A DNA stretch of 64,000 bases from an uncultured Actinomycetota bacterium (GTDB taxonomy: Bacteria > Actinomycetota > Actinomycetes > Mycobacteriales > CADCTP01), in the NCBI GenBank assembly GCA_963785005.1, contig CAWATS010000008.1, positions 95,648 through 159,647 on the forward strand. The letters are read 5' to 3'. The notes under the pieces were generated by a model. The model worked only from the letters and a program-made list of their open reading frames with translations, did no database searches and was not told where the DNA came from. Below, piece by piece: positions 57,193-64,000 of this stretch. Position 1 is the stretch's first letter. Every line of letters begins with the position of its first letter. The position numbers and the translations under genes are program-made.

Positions 57193-58226
57193 GTCACCGC
57201 GTGCATCGGGGTGAGTCCGAAGGAGCCGATGTCGCGGAAGCCGTGCCGGCCGAGCAGCTCGTCGTAGTAGCGGCGGGGCACCAGCTGATCGTCGATCTGC
57301 GCCTCGAAGACCTGGATGCCGGTCATGACCCGGCCCGGGACCGTACGCAGCCCGGCGTCGTCGTCCGGGAACGGGAAGTCGGAGACGACGAACCAGCCGC
57401 CGTCCTCCAGCGTCCGGTGGACGTTCGACGTGACCCGGTCGGCGTCCCGGCACTCGTGCATGGAGATGTTGTTCACGATCAGCGTCGCGCGCTCGGGCAG
57501 GTCCAGCCCCTCCAGCGGGCTGTGCACCAGCCGCACCCGGTCGGCCACCCCGGCCTCGGCCAGCCGGGACTCGGCCAGCGCGAGGGAGTGCGCGTCGCCG
57601 TCGACGCCGATCAGCGTGCAGCGCGGATAGTGGGTGGCCAGCCGAAGCAGCCCGACGCCGGCGCCGCAGGCGGTGTCGACGACCAGGCAGCCGGCCGCCA
57701 GCCGCTCCGCGAGGCCGGGTACCCGGTCCAGGCCGGCCGGCACCAGCCGGGCGTAGAACGGCCGGCCGGTGCCGCTGACCGCGTGGATGAACTCGGGACT
57801 GCAGCCGTCCCACCACAGCCGCTCACCGCTGGCCAGGCTCGCCTCGAAGCGGTCGAAGAACTCCGGCTGCTCCAACACGCCGAAGACGCCGCCCACGTAC
57901 CCGGGAGAGTCCGTGTCGAGCAGCAGCGTCGCGGTGTGCGGGGTGAGCCGGTAGCGGGCATCGTCGCGGTCGCAGACACCAGCCGCGAACGCGGCGCGGC
58001 ACCACGCGGCGACGTAGAACGGGTCGAGGGCCAGCCGGTCGGCAAGCGCGTCCGGGTCCAGCCCGGGCTGGCCGGCGTCGGCGAGCGCGCCGAGCAGCCC
58101 GGACCGCAGCCCGATCGCGATCGTGCGATGGCCCACGTAGCCCGCGGCGTTGCCGAGCAGGACCGCCGCCTGCTCGGCAACAGTGCCGGTAGGCGTGGGG
58201 GTGGTGGCAGGCGCGCTGACGGTCAC
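57177..58226 (-). CDS. Class I SAM-dependent methyltransferase with an N-terminal winged-helix/dimerisation-like domain
   Basis: Probable GTG 58226 after GGGAGGA (alternative 58256); ...CLVVDTACGAGVGLLRLA (motif I)...LIVNNISMHE. Confidence 0.8.
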   Translation of the reverse strand: MTVSAPATTPTPTGTVAEQAAVLLGNAAGYVGHRTIAIGLRSGLLGALADAGQPGLDPDALADRLALDPFYVAAWCRAAFAAGVCDRDDARYRLTPHTATLLLDTDSPGYVGGVFGVLEQPEFFDRFEASLASGERLWWDGCSPEFIHAVSGTGRPFYARLVPAGLDRVPGLAERLAAGCLVVDTACGAGVGLLRLATHYPRCTLIGVDGDAHSLALAESRLAEAGVADRVRLVHSPLEGLDLPERATLIVNNISMHECRDADRVTSNVHRTLEDGGWFVVSDFPFPDDDAGLRTVPGRVMTGIQVFEAQIDDQLVPRRYYDELLGRHGFRDIGSFGLTPMHAVTYGRR

Positions 58227-58357
58227 GGGTCCTCCCTGGTGGTGGCTGCGGCCCACCGTCGTCCGATCCGCGGGCCGCCCTCCAGTCCTGGTCGTGTAGC
58301 AAACCAGTTCACGATCTGTACTAGCCGTTCCGCCGGCGCCGGCCTACGGTCCGGAGC

Positions 58358-59044
58358 GTGGGCGAGTACGGCCAGTTCTGCCCCGTCGCCAAGGCGATGG
58401 AGCTGCTCGACGAGCGGTGGACGGTGCTGGTCGTCCGCGAGCTGCTCGCCGGCAGCCGGCACTTCAACGAGATCCGGCGCGGCGTGCCGAAGATGTCCCC
58501 GGCGCTGCTGAGCAAGCGACTGCAGCGGCTCGAGCGCGCCGGCCTGCTGGAGCGGCGCACCGGCGGCAACCGGATCGAGTACGTGCTGACGCCCGCCGGC
58601 AGGGAGCTGCGCTCGATCGTGGAGCTGCTCGGGACGTGGAGCGTGCGCTGGTTCCCCGACCTGGTCGACTCCGACCTCGACCCCGGGCTGCTGATGTGGG
58701 ACATGCGACGCAGCTTCGACCCGGGCGAGCTCCCGGACCGGCTCGGCACCGTGCACTTCGCCTTCCGCGACGTCCCGCCGGCGACGGGCCTGTGGTGGCT
58801 GACGGTGGGACCGGACGGTGTCGACGTGTGTGACTTCGACCCCGGCTATCCGGTGATCGCGACGGTGAGCGGGCAGCTGCGGTCCCTGACCGCGGTCTGG
58901 CGCGGCGATCTGAGCTGGCCGGCGGCGCTGCGCTCCGGCGAGCTCGTCCTCGACGGCCCGGCCTGGGCCCGCCGGGCTGTCCCGCGCTGGTTCGGCGGCT
59001 CCTCGTTCGCCGACGTGCCCCGCCCGGTGCCCACTGCCGGCTGA
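58358..59044 (+). CDS. HxlR-family transcriptional regulator with a C-terminal SCP2-like extension
   Basis: GTG 58358; GQFCPVAKAMELLDERWTVLVVRELLAGSRHFNEIRRGVPKMSPALLSKRLQRLERAGLLERR. Divergent from the methyltransferase. Confidence 0.85.
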   Translation: MGEYGQFCPVAKAMELLDERWTVLVVRELLAGSRHFNEIRRGVPKMSPALLSKRLQRLERAGLLERRTGGNRIEYVLTPAGRELRSIVELLGTWSVRWFPDLVDSDLDPGLLMWDMRRSFDPGELPDRLGTVHFAFRDVPPATGLWWLTVGPDGVDVCDFDPGYPVIATVSGQLRSLTAVWRGDLSWPAALRSGELVLDGPAWARRAVPRWFGGSSFADVPRPVPTAG

Positions 59045-59091
59045 GGCACGGGGCGGCATCCCGGCCGGTCCCCTGCGGTGGACGGTGCTCG

Positions 59092-59110
59092 CCCGCCGAC
59101 CGCCGGCGGG
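59092..59110. terminator. Hairpin between convergent HxlR and response-regulator genes
   Basis: CCCGCCG (59092-59098), ACCGC loop, CGGCGGG (59104-59110). Confidence 0.4.
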
Positions 59111-59112
59111 AG

Positions 59113-59784
59113 TCAGACCAGGCGGCGGTCGGTGGCCCAGCGGGACAGCTCGTACCGGTTGGACAGCTGCAGCTTGCGCAGCACCGACGACACGTGCGTC
59201 TCGACGGTCTTGACCGAGATGAACAGCTGCGAGGCGATCTCCTTGTACGCGTACCCGCGAGCGAGCAGCCGCAGCACCTCCCGCTCGCGCTGGGTCAGCT
59301 GGTCCAGCTCCGGGTCGTGCACCGGCAGGTCCGGGTTGCGGGTGAAGGCGTCCAGCACGAAGCCGGCCAGCCGCGGCGAGAAGACCGCGTCCCCGTCCGC
59401 GACCCGACGGATCGCCGCCGCGAGGTCCGGCCCGGAGATCGTCTTCGTCACGTAGCCGCGGGCGCCGGCCCGGATCACCCCGATCACGTCCTCCGCCGCG
59501 TCGGAGACCGACAGCGCCAGGAAGCGGACGTCCGGCTGCGCGGGACGCACCCGCTCCAGCACCGCCCGGCCGCCGCCGTCCGGCATGTGCACGTCCAGCA
59601 GCACCACGTCCGGCTTGAACCGGCCGATCGCCGCGACCGCCTCGCCGACCCCGCCGGCCTCGCCGACGATCTCCACCCCGGCGTCGCCGGCACCGGCCAG
59701 CTCGGTCCGCACCCCGGAGCGGAACATGGAGTGGTCGTCGACCAGGAAGACGCGGATCCTGCGCTCCGGCGCGTCCTCGCTCAT
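59113..59784 (-). CDS. NarL/LuxR-family response regulator
   Basis: Preferred start ATG 59784 (MSEDAPERRIRVFLVDDHSMFRSG...). Receiver, then ...LTQREREVLRLLARGYAYKEIASQLFISVKTVETHVSSVLRKL. The upstream ATG 59856 (ATGA overlap with the kinase stop) would add 24 codons, 8 of which end in A/T, atypical for this genome. Confidence 0.88.
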   Translation of the reverse strand: MSEDAPERRIRVFLVDDHSMFRSGVRTELAGAGDAGVEIVGEAGGVGEAVAAIGRFKPDVVLLDVHMPDGGGRAVLERVRPAQPDVRFLALSVSDAAEDVIGVIRAGARGYVTKTISGPDLAAAIRRVADGDAVFSPRLAGFVLDAFTRNPDLPVHDPELDQLTQREREVLRLLARGYAYKEIASQLFISVKTVETHVSSVLRKLQLSNRYELSRWATDRRLV

Positions 59785-59855
59785 GCCCGCTCCCGCTGCG
59801 AGCCGTCGCGCTCGCTCAACGCCTGCTCGCGCTGCGGAGCCCTCGCGCTCGCTCA
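59785..59855 (-). repeat. Two tandem copies (37 + 35 nt) of a GC-rich junction element between the kinase stop and the regulator start
   Basis: Coding-strand TGAGCGAGCGCGAGGGCTCCGCAGCGCGAGCAGGCGT then TGAGCGAGCGCGACGGCTCGCAGCGGGAGCGGGCA, followed by (A)TGAGCGAGGAC of the regulator. A related copy lies at 2094..2134. Confidence 0.6.
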
Positions 59856-61208
59856 TGTGCCGTTCTCCGTCGCCTGGAGACTCGTCATCGTCATCTCGAC
59901 CTCCGTCCCGGCACCGGGCCGGCTGCGCACGACGGCCTTGCCCCCGTGCCGTTCCATCCGACCCATGATCGACCCCTGCACGCCGTGCCGGTCCTCCGGC
60001 ACCGCGTCCGGGTCGAAGCCGGTGCCGCGGTCGCGGACGAAGACGGTGACCTGGTCCGGCTCGAACTCCGCGTACAGCGAGACCGTCGAGACGCCGGCGT
60101 GCTTGGCCGCGTTCAGCAGCGCCTCCCGGGTCGCCCGCACCACCGCGCCGAGCCGGTCGTCCACCTCGGCGTCACCGACGACCACGCTCTCGACCTGCAC
60201 CGGGTACGCGTCCTCGACCTCGCCGGCGACCGCCTCCACCGCCGCCGAGAAGCGGGTACCGGCCCGCGCCTCGGGCCGGTAGAGCCAGCTGCGCAGCTCC
60301 CGCTCCTGGCCGCGGGCCAGCCGCGCCACCTCGCGCGGCGAGTCGGCGTGCCGCTGGATCAGCGCCAGCGTCTGCAGCACCGAGTCGTGCAGGTGCGCGG
60401 CCAGGTCGGCCCGCTCCTGGGAGCGGATCCGCTCCCGCCGCTCCTCGGTCAGGTCCGCGACCAGCCGCCACCACAACGGGGCGGTGATCAGCGCCAGGCC
60501 GGCGACCACGGCGACCCCGGCGACCAGCCCGTCGCGGGCGGCGGACAGCGAGACGGACACCGCGACGAACGAGCCGACCCCGGCGGCGACCAGCGCCACC
60601 CCGCCGCCGATGCGGGCGATCCCCACCCAGCGGGACCGGCCCGCCTCGGGCGCCGGCCCGTCGAACGGCGAGATCCGCCGCCACCGCTGCCGCTGGCTCT
60701 CGTCCGCCTGCCGCCACATCACCGCCAGCCCGGCGGCGCCGAGCAGCAGCGGGACCAGCAGCGTGCCGTCGCCGAACAGCGGCGTGCTGCGCAGCAGCAG
60801 CACACCACCGAGCGCGAGCGCGGCCAGCGCCACCGCCGCGCCGCGCTCGACGGCGCGACGCGGCCGGGCCGGTGTCCCCGCCAGCACCGGCGCCTGCGGA
60901 ACGACCGCCCACAACGCGAGGTAGAGCAGGATGCCGAAGCCGTTGAGCAGGCTCAGCACGGCGAGCGCGACGCGGACCCGGGTGGGGGACAGCCGCAGGT
61001 GGGTGGCGAGACCCTGGGCGACGCCGGCCACCACGCGGCCGTCGGCCGCGCGGTAGAGCTTCGGCGGCGCGGGCGCCGCGGTGCCGTCGATCGTGGGTAC
61101 CCCTCTGCTGGCTGCTGACCTCGATGGTTGCACCGTGCGGGACCGGGCGGCCACGGGGACGTCCCCGGTTTCGGCCCGGCCGCCGAACCAGGGTGCGGTC
61201 AGGGGCAT
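59853..61208 (-). CDS. PspC-domain sensor histidine kinase (LiaS/DesK-like HisKA_3 type)
   Basis: ATG 61208 (alternative GTG 61133; start uncertain because codon bias is poor at 61090-61140). KLYRAADGRVVAGVAQGLATHLRLSPTRVRVALAVLSLLNGFGILLYLALWAVVP (PspC). Multiple TM segments. H-box ADLAAHLHDSVLQTL. ATP lid ...NAAKHAG...VRDRGTGFD. Confidence 0.85.
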   Translation of the reverse strand: MPLTAPWFGGRAETGDVPVAARSRTVQPSRSAASRGVPTIDGTAAPAPPKLYRAADGRVVAGVAQGLATHLRLSPTRVRVALAVLSLLNGFGILLYLALWAVVPQAPVLAGTPARPRRAVERGAAVALAALALGGVLLLRSTPLFGDGTLLVPLLLGAAGLAVMWRQADESQRQRWRRISPFDGPAPEAGRSRWVGIARIGGGVALVAAGVGSFVAVSVSLSAARDGLVAGVAVVAGLALITAPLWWRLVADLTEERRERIRSQERADLAAHLHDSVLQTLALIQRHADSPREVARLARGQERELRSWLYRPEARAGTRFSAAVEAVAGEVEDAYPVQVESVVVGDAEVDDRLGAVVRATREALLNAAKHAGVSTVSLYAEFEPDQVTVFVRDRGTGFDPDAVPEDRHGVQGSIMGRMERHGGKAVVRSRPGAGTEVEMTMTSLQATENGT

Positions 61209-61249
61209 CCCCCATACCGGCGGCGTCCCGGCGCGGACACCATCGAGGC

Positions 61250-62583
61250 ATGACAGAGCCCGATCCCCAGCACCCCGAGCGGTCCGGCGCCGCGGCGGAG
61301 TCCCCTCCCGCGGGCGGCGCCGGGCCTCCGCCGCCCCGGCAGGACCCACCTGCGCAGGGCCGCGCCGCCCGGCCCCGCCTGCCCAGGGCCCGCCGCCACC
61401 TCCGTCGGGCCCGCCTCCGCAGGGTCCGCGGCGGCGGCTCTACCGCAGCAAGCAGCGCCGGGTGCTGGCCGGCGTGGCCGGCGGCCTCGGCGAGTACACC
61501 GGGGCGGACCCGGTCCTGTTCCGGGTCCTGTTCGCCGTGCTGACCGTCTTCGGCGGCGCCGGCATCCTGCTCTACATCGTCGCCTGGCTCTTCCTGCCGG
61601 ACCAGGACCAGGCCAGCTCGCCGGCCGAGTCGCTGATCGGCCGCGGTCGCGGTGGGGACACCGTGCAGGCCGTCCTGCTCGCCGTCGCCGCCTTCGCCCT
61701 CGCCGGGCTGCTGCTGCGCGGCGACGTCGGCGACCTGGTGCTCATCGTGGTGGTCGCGGTCGGCGGGATCCTGCTCGCCCGCCACCTCGACGAGCGCCGG
61801 GACTCCGTGCCGCCGGTGCAGCCGCCCGCACCGCCGTACCAGCCGCACCAGGCGTACCAGCCGTACCAGCCGTACGACCCGGTCCCGGCCGGGATGGGAG
61901 CGGGCGCGGCGGCGACCGCCACCGCCACCTACCCCGCGGTGACGACGGAGCCTCCGCCGGTGAAGCCGCCGAAGGAGCGCTCGGTGCTCGGCCGGATCAC
62001 GCTCAGCGTGTTGCTGCTCGTGCTCGGCGTCGCGGCCGCGCTCGACGCCGCGGGCGCGGTCGACCCGCAGGCGCGCCACTACCTGGCGCTGGCGACCGGC
62101 GTGCTCGGTCTGGGGCTGATCGTCGGGGCGTGGCGTGGCCGGGCCCGCGGCCTGGTGTGGCTCGGCATCCCGGTCACCGTCGCCCTGATCGCGGTGAGCA
62201 CCGCGGAGGTCAACCTGGACGGCGGCGCCGGCGACCGGCAGTACCGGCCGCTGTCCGTCGGCGAGGTGCAGGACCGGTACGAGGTGGGCGTCGGGAACCT
62301 CGAGCTCGACCTGTCCGAGCTCGACCTCACCGGCCGGGTGCTCAGCACGACGGCGTCCGCCGGGATCGGGCACGTCCAGGTGCTCGTCCCCCGCGAGGTG
62401 GACGTCGAGGTGGTCGGCCGGGCCGGCATCGGCGAGGCGGACCTGTTCGGGGAGCGGGTCGAGGGCTCCTCGCCGGAGCGGACCGTCCTCGACGACGGGC
62501 CGGACGGTGAGGGCGGCGGCCGGCTCGAGCTGGTCGTCGAGGTCGGCGTGGGAAGGGTGGAGGTGGACCGTGCGGCGGCATGA
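61250..62583 (+). CDS. PspC-domain membrane protein with a LiaF-like C-terminal domain; the Pro-rich N-terminus needs a 1-nt correction near 61359-61362
   Basis: ATG 61250 MTEPDPQHPERSGAAAESPPAGGAGPPPPRQDPPAQG in frame 2. Conserved part ...PAPPAQGPPPPPSGPPPQGPRRRLYRSKQRRVLAGVAGGLGEYTGADPVLFRVLFAVLTVFGGAGILLYIVAWLFLP... in frame 1, with no start codon of its own downstream of 61081. Length is 3n+2. Confidence 0.75.
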
Positions 62584-62875
62584 GGTGGACGTCCTCTCGC
62601 TGGTCTTCGGGTTGTTCTTCGTCGGGGCGGCGCTGATCTGGGGGCTGGCCGGCGACCCGGGGTCGGCGCTGCGCGGCTGGCCGCTGCCGGTGCTGCTCAT
62701 CGCGGTCGGGCTGGCCGGGCTGCTGAGCAGCCTCGGCGGGTGGCGCGGGCGGCGGTCCCGGGAGGCGGAGCCAGCCGAGCCCACCGAGCCCACCGAGCCC
62801 ACCGAGACCACCGAGCTCACCATGTCCACCGAGCCGGCCGAGCCGGCCGACTGGGAGCGCCGCCCCTCGTCCTAG
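62570..62875 (+). CDS. Small two-TM membrane protein with an acidic (E-P-T)n tail
   Basis: GTG 62570 overlaps the upstream gene end; VRRHEVDVLSLVFGLFFVGAALIWGLAG...LPVLLIAVGLAGLL. The tail is encoded by a 9-nt repeat GAGCCCACC x3-4 (62771-62810). Confidence 0.6.
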   Translation: MRRHEVDVLSLVFGLFFVGAALIWGLAGDPGSALRGWPLPVLLIAVGLAGLLSSLGGWRGRRSREAEPAEPTEPTEPTETTELTMSTEPAEPADWERRPSS

Positions 62876-62919
62876 GCTGACGGCCGCGGGCGCGCCGGCC
62901 ACCCGCGGAGGAGGCGAGG

Positions 62920-63888
62920 ATGACGTCCCAGGACGACCTCGCCCTGGTGAAGCGGATGTACCAGCGCGGCGAGATCAGCGACGAGCAGTACGACCTGCTG
63001 CGGCGGCACGTGCTGTGGGGGACGCCGCTGCCGCCCGTCGACGAGCCCGCAGCGCCGCCCCCGCCGCCCCCGCCGCCCGCCGGCTACCAGCCGGACTACC
63101 CGACCGCACCGCCGCGGCACGCGGTGGCCGCGCAGCCGACCTTCCCGCTCACGCCGGACCCGGAGCAGGCGGACGAGACGGCGGAGTTGTGGACCCGGCG
63201 CGCCTCGACCGCTCTGGCCGGCCCCGGGCTCGGCGACCCGGCGCCGGTCCCGGCCGGCGGGGAGCCGGCGGCCGACCCGCCGGCGCTGGCACCACCGCGG
63301 CGGCCGCGGCGGCGACGTGGCCCCGGCCTGCTGGTCGGCCTGTGTTCCATGGTGCTGGCCGTCGCGCTCGCTGCCGGCGGGGTGTGGTGGTTCGCGCTGC
63401 GGGAGACCGGCGTGCAGGCGGGGGTGTACGCGCGGTCGATCTGCTCCAGCGTGCGCGACTGGCAGCAGGCGGTCGACGCGGGCAGCAGTGCGCTGGTCAG
63501 GTCGGTCGCGCAGCAGGACGACCGGCAGGTGGTCCGGACGTCCGTGCGGACCCGCTACGGCGAGCTGGCCGGCCGGACCGACGCGCTGCGTGCGGCGGTG
63601 CTCGCGGCCGGGGTGGTCGACGTCCCGGGCGGCCGGGCGTACGCGGACTCGCTCGCCGCCGCCGTGGGCGACCAGTCCGCGGCGCTACGCGACCTGGCCG
63701 CGCGCGCCGGCCGGCTGGACCTCGGCAACGCCGCACAGTTCCGGATCTCGCTGCAGAGCCTGCTCACCGGGGCCGAGACCGCGGTCAGCGACGTCACCGC
63801 GGCGCTCGCCCGCCCGGAGTCGGGCACCCCCGCCGATCTCCGTCTCGCCCTGTCCGACGAGCCCGCCTGCGCCCCCTACGTCGGCTGA
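62920..63888 (+). CDS. SHOCT-like N-terminal motif, Pro-rich linker, single TM and extracytoplasmic domain; function unknown
   Basis: ATG 62920 after GGAGGAGG; MTSQDDLALVKRMYQRGEISDEQYDLLRRHVL...; TM LLVGLCSMVLAVALAAGGVWWFAL. Confidence 0.65.
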   Translation: MTSQDDLALVKRMYQRGEISDEQYDLLRRHVLWGTPLPPVDEPAAPPPPPPPPAGYQPDYPTAPPRHAVAAQPTFPLTPDPEQADETAELWTRRASTALAGPGLGDPAPVPAGGEPAADPPALAPPRRPRRRRGPGLLVGLCSMVLAVALAAGGVWWFALRETGVQAGVYARSICSSVRDWQQAVDAGSSALVRSVAQQDDRQVVRTSVRTRYGELAGRTDALRAAVLAAGVVDVPGGRAYADSLAAAVGDQSAALRDLAARAGRLDLGNAAQFRISLQSLLTGAETAVSDVTAALARPESGTPADLRLALSDEPACAPYVG

Positions 63889-63892
63889 CCCC

Positions 63893-64000
63893 TACTCCCA
63901 CTCGATGGTGCCGGGGGGCTTGCTGGTGAGGTCGAGGACGACCCGGTTGACGTCCCGGACCTCGTTGGTGATGCGGGTGGAGATGCGCTCCAGGACGTCG
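63893..64000 (-). CDS. guaA: GMP synthase (glutamine-hydrolysing), 3' end only
   Basis: The reverse strand reads ...[35 protein letters not shown], the characteristic GuaA C-terminus. Stop at 63893-63895. Confidence 0.85.

Noticed and set aside
58227-58357. HxlR operator in the methyltransferase/HxlR divergent spacer (GTAGCAAACCAGTTCACGATCTGTACTAG).
   Set aside because: It is AT-richer than its surroundings, but I could not find a convincing inverted repeat (only 5/9 matches).
1-64000. tRNA, rRNA, tmRNA, transposase, integrase, phage or plasmid genes, and att-like direct repeats flanking the variable inserts.
   Set aside because: None was recognised by eye in intergenic regions or ORF translations. 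This is a limited negative, since no tRNAscan, Infernal or BLAST run was possible.

Overview
Very GC-rich (by eye >70% G+C, third codon positions almost all G/C) actinobacterial chromosome segment. I cannot name the genus from the sequence alone. Most of it is conserved housekeeping synteny in three blocks. (i) 1-16.1 kb holds the S10/spc/alpha ribosomal super-operon (rplV 3' end, rpsC, rplP, rpmC, rpsQ, rplN, rplX, rplE, rpsN, rpsH, rplF, rplR, rpsE, rpmD, rplO, secY, adk, map), then a DUF1707 gene, infA-rpmJ-rpsM-rpsK-rpsD-rpoA-rplQ, a convergent SDR gene, and truA. (ii) 30.9-35.1 kb holds rplM-rpsI-glmM-glmS. (iii) 44.4-57 kb holds nnr, alr, a hydrolase, a family-4 UDG and tsaE-tsaB-rimI-tsaD, with the 3' end of guaA at the right edge. 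Variable inserts lie between the blocks. At 16.2-30.8 kb: a secreted M14 carboxypeptidase, a three-gene formate dehydrogenase operon, an XRE regulator, two serine hydrolases, an ABC-F ATPase and a PadR + DrrAB-like ABC efflux pair. At 35.1-44.4 kb: a ferritin-like protein, small ORFs, a soluble poly-HAMP hybrid histidine kinase operon and a kinase-like/flippase-like membrane fusion. At 45.9-50.3 kb: an ECF sigma fused to an anti-sigma-like module, a TM_helix protein, a PRC/DUF2382 stress protein and a PP2C phosphatase. At 57.2-63.9 kb: a methyltransferase/HxlR pair and a PspC-type envelope-stress two-component module. I recognised no rRNA, tRNA, CRISPR array, transposase or integrase. I do not see a self-contained novel multi-gene system such as a defence island. 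The signals most worth a second look are listed here. (1) An in-frame UGA with an fdhF-like SECIS hairpin marks the formate dehydrogenase alpha subunit as a selenoprotein. (2) A cryptic 15-nt tandem-repeat tail fills the abnormal 404-nt rpsC-rplP spacer, and a frame-hopping acidic tail sits in rplQ. (3) At least four conserved genes (FDH alpha, glmS, the ECF sigma fusion, the PspC protein) each need a 1-nt correction to read through, which points to assembly indels or unusual gene decay. (4) The kinase carries an exact 276-bp-period repeat array encoding about 90-aa di-HAMP modules. (5) A short MIRU-like element sits at stop/start junctions of two operons. All coordinates and translations were read from the sequence and ORF track; no database search was possible.
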